From: Acidimicrobiales bacterium
Lineage (GTDB): Bacteria; Actinomycetota; Acidimicrobiia; Acidimicrobiales; AC-9
Direction: 5' to 3'
Length of the DNA stretch: 64,000 nucleotides
NCBI GenBank assembly: GCA_036270875.1
Contig: DATBBR010000051.1
Span: forward strand, 8,582 to 72,581
Below the pieces are notes generated by a model that saw only the letters and a program-made list of their open reading frames with translations, was not told the DNA's origin and made no database searches. The position numbers and the translations under genes were made by a program. Below are positions 33,542 to 42,735 of this stretch, piece by piece (position 1 is the stretch's first letter; each line of letters begins with the position of its first letter).

Positions 33542-35530
33542 TCAGTCCTCCTTGCTGGCGCCGGTGGCCCGTCGGGAGATGTCGTCGATGACGGCCGCGT
33601 TGGCGAGCGTGGTGACGTCGCCCAGATGACGGCTCTCGGACACGTCCTTGAGCAGGCGACGCATGATCTTGCCCGAGCGGGTCTTGGGCAGCTCCGGGGT
33701 GAACACGATCGAGGCCGGGCGGGCGATCTTGCCGATCTTGGTGGCCACGTGCTCCCGCAGGGTGGCGATGAGCGGCTCGTCACCCTCGACGTCGCCCTTG
33801 AGGCTCACGAATGCGGCGATGGCCTGCCCGGTCCGCTCGTCCATGCGGCCGATCACCGCCGCCTCGGCGACCATCGGGTGGTCGACGAGGGCAGACTCCA
33901 CCTCCAGGGTGGAGATCCGGTGCCCGGAGATGTTCATGACGTCGTCGACCCGCCCGAGCAGCCAGAAGTAGCCGTCTTCGTCCCGCTTGGCGCCGTCGCC
34001 CGCGAAGTACACCCACCGGTTGGCCTTCGGATCGCTGAAGCGGCTCCAGTAGGTCTCGACGAAGCGGTCGGGGTCCTTGTAGAGGGTGCGCAGCATCGCC
34101 GGCCACGGCCTGGTGAGAACCAAATAGCCACCGCCGCCGAGCGGCACGCTGGCTCCCTGATCGTCCACCACGTCGGCACCGACGCCCGGGAAGGGGAAGG
34201 TCGCCGATCCGGGGCGGGTGGTGGTCACGCCCGGGAGCGGAGTGATCATGATCATGCCCGTCTCGGTCTGCCACCAGGTGTCGACGATGGGGCACCGCTC
34301 CCGGCCGATGACGGTGTGGTACCAGATCCAGGCCTCAGGGTTGATGGGCTCGCCCACCGTTCCCAGCAGGCGCAGGCTGGACAGATCGTGCTTCTCGGGG
34401 TACTCGGGTCCCCACCTGATCATGGTGCGGATGGTCGTCGGCGCCGTGTAGAGGATCGTCACCTTGTAGCGCTCGACGATGTCCCAGAACCGGTCCTTGT
34501 CGGGGTAGTTCGGCACGCCCTCGTACATCACGCTCGTGCACCCGTTGGCCAGGGGCCCGTAGACGATGTAGCTGTGCCCCGTCACCCATCCGACATCGGC
34601 CGCGCACCAGTAGACGTCGGTGTCAGGGTGGATGTCGAAGACAAGGCGGTGCGTCGTCGCCGCGCCGACCAGGTAGCCGGCCGTGGTGTGCACGATGCCC
34701 TTGGGCCTGGCCGTGGTGCCCGAGGTGTAGAGGATGTACAGCATGTCCTCGCTATCCACCTCGGTGGCTTCGCGGCTGTCCGGCTGTCCGGCGACGACGT
34801 CGTGCCACCAGACGTCGCGACCCTCGGTCATGACCACGTCCTGACCGGTGCGACGCAGCACGACCACCGTCTCGATCGACGGGCAGTCCGCCACGGCGGC
34901 GTCGGCGTACTCCTTGAGCGGGAAGGTCGCGCCGTTGCGCCACGAGCCGTCGCACGTGACGAGCGCCTTGCACTCGGCGTCCTGGATGCGGTCCCTGAGG
35001 GCCTCGGAGCTGAAGCCGCCGAACACGACCGAGTGCGGCGCGCCCAGCCGAGCGCAGGCGAGCAGGGCCACCGGCAGCTCGGGGACCATGCCCATGTAGA
35101 TGGCGACCCGGTCGCCCTTGGTCACGCCCCGGTCGGCCAACGCGTTGGCGAGCCGGCACACCTCGGCGTGGAGCTCGGCGTAGGTGATGACCCTTCGGTC
35201 GCCGGGCTCACCCTCCCAGTAGTAGGCGACCTTGTCCCCGGCCGACTCGAGATGGCGATCGAGGCAGCTCTCGGTGATGTTGAGCTTGGCGTCGACGAAC
35301 CAGCGGGCGAAGGGGGGGTTGGACCAGTCCAACACCTGACGATGCGGCCGGCGCCACGCGAACTGCTCTGCCTGGCGGGCCCAGAAGTCCTCGAACCTCT
35401 CCGCTTCCTCGTAGATGGAAGGAGAAGAGACCAGCGCACGGCGGACGAACTCCTCGGGTGGAGGAAACTCGCGTCGCTCGCTCAGCAGCGCTTCGATGGT
35501 GCTGGTGACGTCACGACTCGGGTCCGACAT
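33542..35530 (-). CDS. acs: Acetyl-CoA synthetase
   Basis: YWEGEPG, HSVVFGGFS, YTSGTT.RPKG, ADVGWVTGHSY, VGEPINPEAW, DTWWQTETG and PKTRSGKIMRR; start 35530 or 35536. Confidence 0.96.
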   Translation of the reverse strand: MSDPSRDVTSTIEALLSERREFPPPEEFVRRALVSSPSIYEEAERFEDFWARQAEQFAWRRPHRQVLDWSNPPFARWFVDAKLNITESCLDRHLESAGDKVAYYWEGEPGDRRVITYAELHAEVCRLANALADRGVTKGDRVAIYMGMVPELPVALLACARLGAPHSVVFGGFSSEALRDRIQDAECKALVTCDGSWRNGATFPLKEYADAAVADCPSIETVVVLRRTGQDVVMTEGRDVWWHDVVAGQPDSREATEVDSEDMLYILYTSGTTARPKGIVHTTAGYLVGAATTHRLVFDIHPDTDVYWCAADVGWVTGHSYIVYGPLANGCTSVMYEGVPNYPDKDRFWDIVERYKVTILYTAPTTIRTMIRWGPEYPEKHDLSSLRLLGTVGEPINPEAWIWYHTVIGRERCPIVDTWWQTETGMIMITPLPGVTTTRPGSATFPFPGVGADVVDDQGASVPLGGGGYLVLTRPWPAMLRTLYKDPDRFVETYWSRFSDPKANRWVYFAGDGAKRDEDGYFWLLGRVDDVMNISGHRISTLEVESALVDHPMVAEAAVIGRMDERTGQAIAAFVSLKGDVEGDEPLIATLREHVATKIGKIARPASIVFTPELPKTRSGKIMRRLLKDVSESRHLGDVTTLANAAVIDDISRRATGASKED

Positions 35531-35666
35531 CGTCACCTCCAGGGTCGGCGGCGTGGCCCTCCTGGTCTACGTCATCGACCGCAGCATCGATAGAAATACC
35601 CGGGGGCATCCGGTCCCAATCCGGGCCGGGCCGGGCCGGCGAAACCGGCGGGCGCCGCCGTGCGAG

Positions 35667-37193
35667 TCAGCCGCCGGGAAAGGCGGCGAGGGCGGCCACG
35701 ACGCGCTGCTCCACGTCGGCCAGGTTGCCGGGCCCGTTGAGGATCAGGGCGAAATGGATCGGGTGGCCCAGGTCGAGCACCCCGGCCATGGCCGCCACGC
35801 CAGCTATGGAGCCGGTCTTGGCTGCGAGGTGGCCCTGGAGCGGCGTGCCGGCCCACCGGTTGACGAGCGTGCCCGACAGCCCGGCGACGGGCAGACCGAG
35901 GGCGATGGCGTTCAGCTGCGGCCCCGTGCTCGGGCCGGCCTCCGCGGCCGGCGGCGACGTGCCCCGGTCGATGGACGCCAGGAGGGCGTCGCAGGTGGCC
36001 CGGTTGTCGTGGCTGAGTCCCGACCCGTCGACCAGGCTCGTGCCCACGGTGGGGATGCCGAGGCCCCGATCGACCTGGGTCACGGCCCGCAGCCCGGCCG
36101 CCGTGCTTCCGTCACCCTCGAGCCGGCGACCGAGCTCCAGGGTCAGCATCTCGGCGGTGTGGTTGTCGCTCGCTCGGAGCATGGCCGCCACGATCTGGCC
36201 CAGGGGTGGCGACTGGACGCTGGCCAGCACCGATCCCTGTGGGGCGACGGCGTCAGGCGCCGGCACCGGTGGAGCGGCGACGCCCCTCAGGGCGAGGAGG
36301 TGGGTCAGCTCGCCAGCGGCAACGGCGGGTGGGTCGGCCGCGGGGACGTACCTGGTCGTGAAGCCCTGCCAGCCCTGGTTCAGGTCGAGCGCGCTCAGGG
36401 GGCTGGCGTTGCCGTCGGCCACATCGGCCGGGGTCCACTGTGGAAGCAGTCGCACACCCGACAGGCGTGAGTCGTCGCCGTGGATGCCTCCCGGCACGCT
36501 GCGCACGCCCGCCGCCGCCAGCTGGTCGGCGAGGGACTCGAATGGGGTCGTGGGCTGGCCCGCGTAGCGGCGATCCTTTGTCCACGTGGCGGCGTAGTCC
36601 GCGGTGGCCAGAACCGGGTCGCCCGACCCGACCAACCAGAGCTGGCTCACGGCGCCGTCGCTCGGGGGCCCAGGGCCGAGCGCCGTGGTCTGGAAGCGGT
36701 AGTCGGGACCGAGCACGGCGAGCGCCGCTGCGGCCACGAGAAGCTTCTGGGTTGAGGCCGGCGCGAACGGGGTGGCGCCCTGGAGGTCGGCCACTCGGGT
36801 GGCGCCGTCGCTGGCGACGGCGCAGCCCGGTGTCCCTCCGAGGGCCGCCGCCAGCTGGCTCTGCAAACGGATCGCGGCCGGCGTCGGCGGCGGGGGCAGG
36901 GGCGTAGTGGTGGCGGGGGCGGCCACGCCCGGCACCGCGGCGGCCCCGAGGGCGGTGATGGCCCGGCTCCGCACCCCAGCTCGAGCCACCGGCTCGGAGC
37001 CCGAATGCAGGTAGATCCATCCCGAGGCGGCAGCGGCTTGCAGCACGGCCAGGCCGGCCAGCAGCGGGAGCATCCGCCGGAGCGGTCCTCCTCGGGGCAC
37101 CACCCGCCGTGCGTCGGCACCGTTCACCGACTGTGAACTACGCCGGTGACGAGCGGCTCCCCTGCCGAGAGCCCCTTTTCGGACATAGGGCAC
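35667..37193 (-). CDS. dacB: D-Ala-D-Ala carboxypeptidase/endopeptidase, peptidase S13
   Basis: PASTQK (SxxK), LVGSGDP, SDNHTAE (SxN), DGSGLS and AKTG; hydrophobic leader near 37073; true start uncertain (likely downstream of 37193). Confidence 0.82.
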   Translation of the reverse strand: MPYVRKGALGRGAARHRRSSQSVNGADARRVVPRGGPLRRMLPLLAGLAVLQAAAASGWIYLHSGSEPVARAGVRSRAITALGAAAVPGVAAPATTTPLPPPPTPAAIRLQSQLAAALGGTPGCAVASDGATRVADLQGATPFAPASTQKLLVAAAALAVLGPDYRFQTTALGPGPPSDGAVSQLWLVGSGDPVLATADYAATWTKDRRYAGQPTTPFESLADQLAAAGVRSVPGGIHGDDSRLSGVRLLPQWTPADVADGNASPLSALDLNQGWQGFTTRYVPAADPPAVAAGELTHLLALRGVAAPPVPAPDAVAPQGSVLASVQSPPLGQIVAAMLRASDNHTAEMLTLELGRRLEGDGSTAAGLRAVTQVDRGLGIPTVGTSLVDGSGLSHDNRATCDALLASIDRGTSPPAAEAGPSTGPQLNAIALGLPVAGLSGTLVNRWAGTPLQGHLAAKTGSIAGVAAMAGVLDLGHPIHFALILNGPGNLADVEQRVVAALAAFPGG

Positions 37194-37217
37194 CCGGCTG
37201 GAAGAAGGGGACCGGGA

Positions 37218-37236
37218 TAGTTTGCTTTGCTAATTA
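37218..37236. promoter_or_regulatory. AT-rich imperfect palindrome, probable MarR operator
   Basis: TAGTTTGC-TTT-GCTAATTA overlapping a TAAACT -10 hexamer (37235-37240) just before the MarR start. Confidence 0.6.
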
Positions 37237-37245
37237 AACTGGCTG

Positions 37246-37701
37246 GTGATGAAGACAGCGCACCCGGTCACGACGGTCGATGGCGATGCCGAGCTGGCGG
37301 CGCGCCTGCGTCTCGCCGTCAACAGGCTGGCGCGGCGCCTGCGCCACCAGGGGGAGACCGGCATCAGCCCCTCACAGCTGTCCGCCCTGGCCACCGTCGA
37401 CCGGTCGGGACCGATGACCCTGGGGGACCTCGCCGCCGTCGAGCAGGTCCGGCCCCCGAGCATGACGAGGATCGTGTCCCGCCTCGAGGGGGGCGGCCTC
37501 GTCGACCGCCAGGCATCCGAGCAGGATCGTCGAGTCGCCCGGGTGCGGGTGACCGCGGCCGGCCGGCAGCTGCTCCAGCGCAGCCGGACGCGCAAGGACG
37601 CTTACCTGGCCCGCCGGCTGCAGACCCTCGACGCCGCCGATCGGGCCCTGATGGGGGAGGCTGTCGCCGTCCTCGAGCGGATCCTGGAGCGCGGCGAATG
37701 A
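37246..37701 (+). CDS. MarR family transcriptional regulator
   Basis: SPSQLSALATV...MTLGDLA...PPSMTRIVSRLE.GGLV.R....DRR wHTH pattern. Confidence 0.92.
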   Translation: MMKTAHPVTTVDGDAELAARLRLAVNRLARRLRHQGETGISPSQLSALATVDRSGPMTLGDLAAVEQVRPPSMTRIVSRLEGGGLVDRQASEQDRRVARVRVTAAGRQLLQRSRTRKDAYLARRLQTLDAADRALMGEAVAVLERILERGE

Positions 37702-39215
37702 TGAGCGTCAAGGAGACGACGGTTCGGACCTTCCGCTCGCTGGGCGTGCGCAACTACCGGCTGTACTTCGCCGGGCAGGTCGTGTCCGTGAGCGGCACCT
37801 GGATGCAGCAGGTGGCGCAGGCCTGGTTGGTGCTGCGGCTCACCAACAGCGGGGTCGCTCTGGGGACGGTCACGGCGCTGCAGTTCCTTCCCGTGTTGCT
37901 CGGTGGCGCGTGGGGTGTGGTCATCGCCGACCGCTTCGACAAGCGCCGAGTGCTGTTCGGGACCCAGGCGACGGCGGGACTGCTGGCGCTGGTCCTGGGC
38001 CTGCTCACCCTGAGCGGCGACATCCAGCTCTGGATGGTGTACGTGCTGGCCGCCGCCCTCGGTTGCGTCAATGCCGTGGACAACCCGAGCCGCCAGGCCT
38101 TCGTGCACGAGCTCGTCGGTCGGGCCGACCTGCCCAACGCGGTGAGTCTCAACAGCGTGCTGATGAACGCGGCGCGGGTCATCGGTCCCGCCCTGGCGGC
38201 CGTCTTGATCGTCACCGTGGGCATCGCCCCCTGCTTCCTCATCAACGCCGCCTCATACGTCGCGGTCATCGTCGGGCTCGCCTTGATGCGTCGCGAAGAC
38301 CTCCTCGGCACGGGCACCGTCGCCAGAGCCAAGGGGCAGCTGCGGGCGGGCCTCCACTACGCCTGGTCCACGCCCGAGCTGCGGAACCCGTTGCTCCTGA
38401 TGGTGGTCATCGGCACGCTGGCCTACGAGTTCCAGGTCACGCTGCCGCTGCTGGCGAAGTTCACCTTCCACGGTGGTGCCGGCGCCTATGGGCTGATGAC
38501 CTCGTGCATGGCCGCCGGAGCCGTGGTCGGGGGGCTGGCCGTGGCCAGCCGGGAGCGTCCCACGTCGATGGGCCTGACGAGGGCGGCGCTGGCCTTCGGC
38601 CTGCTGATCCTCGGCGTCGCCGCCGCGCCCACCCTCGCCGTCGAGGTCGTGGTCCTCGTCCTCATGGGCGGGGCCAGCATCGCGTTCATCGCCATGTCGA
38701 ACTCCACGCTGCAGCTGCGCGCCGACCCGGCCATGCGCGGCCGCGTGATGGCTCTGTTCGCCGTCGCGTTCCTGGGGAGCACTCCTATCGGCGCCCCCGT
38801 GGTCGGCGCCGTGGCGCAGGCCTGGGGGCCGCGGGCCGCTATCGCCATCGGCGGTGTCGCAGCCCTGGCGGCGGCGCTGGTCACCGCCGGTCGCCCACTA
38901 CGGGCGGTCGTGTCGCGCGCCGCGGCGGACGCTCGCGGCGAGCACGGCGACCACGGCCAGTGGCAGGAGCACCGCGGCCGCGACTCCGAGGCCGGCGAGG
39001 GCGGCAGCCAGGCCGATGACGACCAGAGCCCCGACCGCCAGCTCGGGAGTGTCGCCGACGAGGAAGTCCCACCAGAACCGGCCGAAGGCCTGGAGGGCGC
39101 GACCAGCGGTCACGGTGACCGCACCTCGGCCGTTGCTCCGAGCCGGGCTTCCGGGCCCGTCGCCAGCCGGGATCGGCGCAGCCACGCCACGAGACCGAAC
39201 GTGACGGCGCCGTAG
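37698..39215 (+). CDS. MFS transporter (MFS_3-like) with long hydrophilic C-terminal extension
   Basis: FRSLGVRNYRLYFAGQVVS..GTWMQ..AQAWLV, ADRFDKRR, PSRQAF and MRGRVMAL; ATG overlaps the MarR stop; transporter domain ends near 38900. Confidence 0.88.
   Translation: MMSVKETTVRTFRSLGVRNYRLYFAGQVVSVSGTWMQQVAQAWLVLRLTNSGVALGTVTALQFLPVLLGGAWGVVIADRFDKRRVLFGTQATAGLLALVLGLLTLSGDIQLWMVYVLAAALGCVNAVDNPSRQAFVHELVGRADLPNAVSLNSVLMNAARVIGPALAAVLIVTVGIAPCFLINAASYVAVIVGLALMRREDLLGTGTVARAKGQLRAGLHYAWSTPELRNPLLLMVVIGTLAYEFQVTLPLLAKFTFHGGAGAYGLMTSCMAAGAVVGGLAVASRERPTSMGLTRAALAFGLLILGVAAAPTLAVEVVVLVLMGGASIAFIAMSNSTLQLRADPAMRGRVMALFAVAFLGSTPIGAPVVGAVAQAWGPRAAIAIGGVAALAAALVTAGRPLRAVVSRAAADARGEHGDHGQWQEHRGRDSEAGEGGSQADDDQSPDRQLGSVADEEVPPEPAEGLEGATSGHGDRTSAVAPSRASGPVASRDRRSHATRPNVTAP
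38898..39113 (-). CDS. Small membrane protein (71 aa), partner of the COG4280-like gene
   Basis: GTG overlapping the upstream stop (GTGA at 39113-39110); FGRFWWDFLVGDTPE followed by two hydrophobic segments. Confidence 0.65.
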   Translation of the reverse strand: MTAGRALQAFGRFWWDFLVGDTPELAVGALVVIGLAAALAGLGVAAAVLLPLAVVAVLAASVRRGARHDRP

Positions 39216-39892
39216 AGGGCTATGAGTGCGAGGATCGAGAGGTCGGTCCCCGGCCAGTCCACACCCATCCCCTCCCCGGTCCAGAAGGTCCCGAAGCTGA
39301 CGAGCATGATCCCCACCACCATCTTCAGGGTGTTCTCGGGCACCTCGACCAGCCGGCGGGCCAGCACCAGGCCCGCCAGTCCCACCGCCAGGGCCGCCGC
39401 CGCGGCACCGGCTGCCGCCAGGCCCAGGCGCCCGGACGTCGTTCCCAGCGTGAGCACGATCATGACCACCTCGAGTCCTTCGAGGAGGACCCCCTTGAAG
39501 GCGACCGTGAACGCGGTGGCGTCGCGCCGCCGGCCCGTCGCCCTGGGGATCCCGGACAGCTCCTCGACCTGCCGGCGGTAGATGGCGTCCTCGTCGTGGA
39601 GGGCCTTGAGACCGCTGGCCCGCAGGATCGCCTTGCGCAACCACTGAAGGCCCAGCATCAGCAGCAGCCCGCCGACGACGACGCGCAGCACGTCGAGCGG
39701 CACGTAGCGCACGAGGGCGGGCCCGAAGGCGGCCACGACCACGGCCAACGCCAGGAGGGCTGCGCCCGCACCCTCGAGCGCCGATCGCCACCCGCGGCTC
39801 ACCCCCGCAGCCAGCACGATCGTCAGGGCCTCGACCATCTCGACGGCGCTGGCCGCGGCCACGGCCAGCACGAGGAGGACTGCGCTGGTCAC
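39110..39892 (-). CDS. COG4280-like membrane protein (putative cation transporter)
   Basis: Duplicated acidic TM motifs EMVEALTIVLA and KGVLLEGLEVV, VPENTLK and FGTFW; GTG overlaps the ACAD stop. Confidence 0.78.
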   Translation of the reverse strand: MTSAVLLVLAVAAASAVEMVEALTIVLAAGVSRGWRSALEGAGAALLALAVVVAAFGPALVRYVPLDVLRVVVGGLLLMLGLQWLRKAILRASGLKALHDEDAIYRRQVEELSGIPRATGRRRDATAFTVAFKGVLLEGLEVVMIVLTLGTTSGRLGLAAAGAAAAALAVGLAGLVLARRLVEVPENTLKMVVGIMLVSFGTFWTGEGMGVDWPGTDLSILALIALYGAVTFGLVAWLRRSRLATGPEARLGATAEVRSP

Positions 39893-41226
39893 GCGGCGCC
39901 CGTGCCGGACCCTGCCGTCGCCTTCGACGCTCCGCCGGGCCCCGTGGGAGCCTTCGGCTCTCTGCCGGCCCCGGTCGCCTTCGGCTCTCTGCTGGCCCCG
40001 GTCGCCTTCGGCTCCTTGGGCAGACCGAGCACCCGCTCGCCCACGATGTTGCGCTGGATCTCGGCCGAGCCGCCCCAGATGCTCTCCGAACGGGAGAAGA
40101 AGAATGAGGCCTGGAGCGGGCTGACGGGATAGCCCGGGGTGCCTCGGCGCCGGCCGACGCCCGGGACGAACTCGTCGTCGGTCGACCCGGTGAGGATCTG
40201 CCCGTGCATGCCCAGGATGTCGATGGCCAGCTGCATCGCCTCCTGGTGGTACTCGGACCAGAACATCTTGTTGGTCGCGCCCAAGGCCGCGGTGGAGCTG
40301 TCGCCCTTGAGAACCGACGTCAGCGTCCGCAGGCCGTTGATCTGCATGATCTTGACCTTGCTCCACGCCCGGGCCAGGTCCTGGCGCACCAGGGGATCGG
40401 CGGCCCGCCCGTTCTCCTGGGCCAGGCCGACGATGTGCTCGAGCTCCTTCTGGAACCGGCGGTGGCTGGTCGTGGCGGACGTGCCCCGCTCGAACCCGAG
40501 CGTGGTCATCGCCACCTTCCAGCCGTTGTTCACCCCGCCCACCACGTTGTCGCGCGGTGCTCGCGCGTTGGAGAAGAACACCTCGTTGAACTCGGCCGAC
40601 CCGTCGATCTGCTTGATGGGTCGGACCTCGACGCCTTCTTGGCGCATGGGCACGAGCAGGTACGAGATCCCGGCGTGCTTGTCCACGTCGGGATCGGTGC
40701 GTGCCAGCAGGAAGATGTAGTCGGCGTACTGGGCCTGGGTGGTCCACACCTTCTGGCCGTTCACGACCCACTCGTCGCCGTCCAGCTCGGCTCTGGTCTT
40801 GAGCGAGGCCAGGTCCGACCCCGCATCCGGCTCGGAGAACCCCTGGCACCAGGAGATCTCCCCGGACAGGATCTTGGGGAGGAACTCCTTGCGCAGCTCG
40901 TCGGTTCCCCACTGCAGGATGGTGGGACCCACCAGCGTGTCCCCGAAGAAATCGGCCCGCATCGGGGCTCCAGCACGGTCGAACTCCTCGTTCAGCACGA
41001 CCTGCTGCATCGTCGTCAGGCCCTTGCCGCCGTACTCCTCCGGCCAGGAGGCGCAGATCCAACCGCCCTGGCGGAGCTTGTCGGGCCACTGCTCGTTGAA
41101 CGCCCGGCGCTCCTCGCTGGACATGGCGAAGTCGGGGTCGCCCCAGCCGGCCGGAAGGTTCGACTGGAGCCAGGCGCGGATCTCGGCGCGGAACTCCTCG
41201 GCCTCGGGCGGGTAGGTCAGCTCCAT
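39889..41226 (-). CDS. Acyl-CoA dehydrogenase
   Basis: WCQGFSEPDAGSDLA, NGQKVWT, FNEVFF, TTLGFER and WGGSAEIQRNIV; ATG 41226 lies 6 nt after TACATT. Confidence 0.93.
   Translation of the reverse strand: MELTYPPEAEEFRAEIRAWLQSNLPAGWGDPDFAMSSEERRAFNEQWPDKLRQGGWICASWPEEYGGKGLTTMQQVVLNEEFDRAGAPMRADFFGDTLVGPTILQWGTDELRKEFLPKILSGEISWCQGFSEPDAGSDLASLKTRAELDGDEWVVNGQKVWTTQAQYADYIFLLARTDPDVDKHAGISYLLVPMRQEGVEVRPIKQIDGSAEFNEVFFSNARAPRDNVVGGVNNGWKVAMTTLGFERGTSATTSHRRFQKELEHIVGLAQENGRAADPLVRQDLARAWSKVKIMQINGLRTLTSVLKGDSSTAALGATNKMFWSEYHQEAMQLAIDILGMHGQILTGSTDDEFVPGVGRRRGTPGYPVSPLQASFFFSRSESIWGGSAEIQRNIVGERVLGLPKEPKATGASREPKATGAGREPKAPTGPGGASKATAGSGTGAA
39950..40014. repeat. 27-bp tandem repeat (about 2.4 copies) in the ACAD 3' end
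   Basis: gccttcggctctctgc(c/t)ggccccggtc at 39950-39976 and 39977-40003, partial copy to 40014; encodes EPKATGA(S/G)R. Confidence 0.85.
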
Positions 41227-41263
41227 GGTCCGAATGTAGTGCCCCGGTAGTACGCTGCCCGTA

Positions 41264-42523
41264 GTGGCCACGCAGGTTCTCCACCTGTCGACGGTGGTGA
41301 AGAGCCCACTACTGGATCGGGCCGGCGAGAAGCTGGGCCGGATCGAGGACCTCATCGTGCGTCTCGGCGAGGACGGAGGATACCCACCGATCACCGGGGC
41401 GCTGGCCAGGATCGGTGGCCGGGAGCTGTTCGTGCCCATCGACCAGATCGCCGGGATCGAGTCGGGCCGGGTCCAGCTCCAGGGAGACCGGCTGAGCCTG
41501 CGGCGTTTCGAGCGGCGGCCAGGTGAGGTGCTGCTGAACCGTGACCTCGCCGCTCGCCACCTCATCAACGTGGTGGGCGCTCGGCTGGTCAGGGCCAACG
41601 AGATCGAGCTGGCCTGCATCGACGGCAGGTGGGCCGTCGTCGGCGTCGACACCAGCGCCCGACCCGTGCTGAGGCGACTGCTGCCTCGTCCACTTCGCCG
41701 CCGGGTCGAGCCCGGTCCAATCCTCGACTGGTCCAGCATCGAGCCCTTCGTGAGTCACGTGCCGACGGCTCGTCTGCGGCTGACCCATCGCAAGCTGGCC
41801 CGCCTTCATCCCGCGCAGATCGCCGACCTGGTCGAGGCGGCCTCTCACGACGAGGGCGAGGAGATCATCGAGGCCGTCGGGCAGGACCGGGAGCTGGAGG
41901 CGGACGTCTTCGAGGAGCTCGACCCCGAGCACCAGCAGGAGTTCGTGAAGGCCCGCTCGAACGCCGAGGTTGCCGAGCTCCTGGCCAAGATGGCGCCTGA
42001 CGACGTCGCCGACTTCATCACCAATCTCGACCAGGAGCGCCGATTGCCGGTCCTCGAGCTCCTGCCGTCCGACCTGCAGCGCAAGGTGCGCTCACTGCTC
42101 AGCTACAACCCCGAGACCGCCGGCGGCCTCATGAGCCCCGACTTCCTCGCCGTGTCCCACGCGACACCGGTCGGCGTCGCCCTCGATCGTGTTCGCACCA
42201 CCGACATCCCACCCGACGCTCTCGAGGTGGTCTACGTCACCGACGACGAGGGGTGCCTCTGCGGTCTGGCGCCGCTGGCGGCTCTGGTGAGAGCGGACCC
42301 GTCCCTCCCTCTCGACGCCCTGGCCGAGCACGAGCCGGTCATGATCCGGCCCGACGCCGACGTCCACGAGGTCGTGCGCAAGATGACCGACTACAACCTC
42401 AGCGTGTTGCCGGTCGTCGACGATTCGTGCCACATGATCGGACAGATCACCGTGGACGACGTCCTCGAGCTGCTCCAACCCAGCGGCTGGAAGGGCGATT
42501 TCGGGCTCTCGGCGGCGGACTGA
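41264..42523 (+). CDS. MgtE-like cytosolic protein (PRC barrels, MgtE N-domain, CBS pair) without membrane domain
   Basis: GEKLGRIEDL (PRC), HPAQIADLVE, MAPDDVAD, ETAGGLM, LPVVD and GQITVDDVLE; ORF ends right after the CBS pair with no TM segments. Confidence 0.85.
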   Translation: MATQVLHLSTVVKSPLLDRAGEKLGRIEDLIVRLGEDGGYPPITGALARIGGRELFVPIDQIAGIESGRVQLQGDRLSLRRFERRPGEVLLNRDLAARHLINVVGARLVRANEIELACIDGRWAVVGVDTSARPVLRRLLPRPLRRRVEPGPILDWSSIEPFVSHVPTARLRLTHRKLARLHPAQIADLVEAASHDEGEEIIEAVGQDRELEADVFEELDPEHQQEFVKARSNAEVAELLAKMAPDDVADFITNLDQERRLPVLELLPSDLQRKVRSLLSYNPETAGGLMSPDFLAVSHATPVGVALDRVRTTDIPPDALEVVYVTDDEGCLCGLAPLAALVRADPSLPLDALAEHEPVMIRPDADVHEVVRKMTDYNLSVLPVVDDSCHMIGQITVDDVLELLQPSGWKGDFGLSAAD

Positions 42524-42525
42524 GC

Positions 42526-42543
42526 CTGCCGACTCGGCGGCAG
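42526..42543 (+). terminator. GC hairpin after the MgtE-like stop
   Basis: CTGCCG-ACTCGG-CGGCAG immediately after TGA; no U tract; followed by TATCCT -10 hexamer at 42551-42556. Confidence 0.4.
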
Positions 42544-42574
42544 CGGCTGCTATCCTCGACGAGCAAGCCAGTCG

Positions 42575-42735
42575 CGCCTCGTTCGGTGAGGTGGCTGCTC
42601 AGACACAGGCCACTGACCCCACCTGTCGAGAGACACTCCGGGTCAGACCAGGTCACTCCGGCTCAAGGGGTGACCCAAAGTGGCTGGCCCTTCTGGGGCT
42701 TACGCTGGGCAGTGCCAAAGCTCTGACGAGTAGGG
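42575..42735 (+). ncRNA. M-box (ykoK) Mg2+ riboswitch
   Basis: Ordered conserved blocks CCTCGTT.GGTGAGG, ACACAGGCCACTGACCC, GTCGAGAGAC, GGGTCAG, CGGCT.AAGGG, CCCAAAGTGGCT and GTGCCAAAGCTCTGACGAG match the actinobacterial M-box as I recall it; upstream of a metal transporter. Confidence 0.92.

Noticed and set aside
32759-35593. 944-aa plus-strand ORF opposite acs and satP, and similar long shadows at 12692-14944, 51313-54171, 1514-3028 and 4621-6405
   Set aside because: Each lies antisense to a clearly recognisable gene and reads as typical GC-rich shadow sequence.
35620-35652. GGGCC triplet repeat and GCCGG-CGAAA-CCGGC hairpin between dacB and acs
   Set aside because: Too short and GC-rich to separate from chance; at most a weak terminator for dacB.
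37155-37179. GGCTC...GAGCC hairpin with CCTTTT tail
   Set aside because: No plus-strand gene lies upstream to terminate; the stem is short with a large loop.
37227-37697. Apparent 157-aa N-terminal extension of the MFS ORF (662 aa in the track)
   Set aside because: It overlaps the MarR gene in another frame and is Arg/Pro-rich noise; the MFS starts at 37698/37701.
39893-41284. 724-aa ORF seeming to extend the COG4280-like gene
   Set aside because: The upstream part is an alternate frame of the ACAD gene; the membrane protein starts at the GTGA overlap at 39892.
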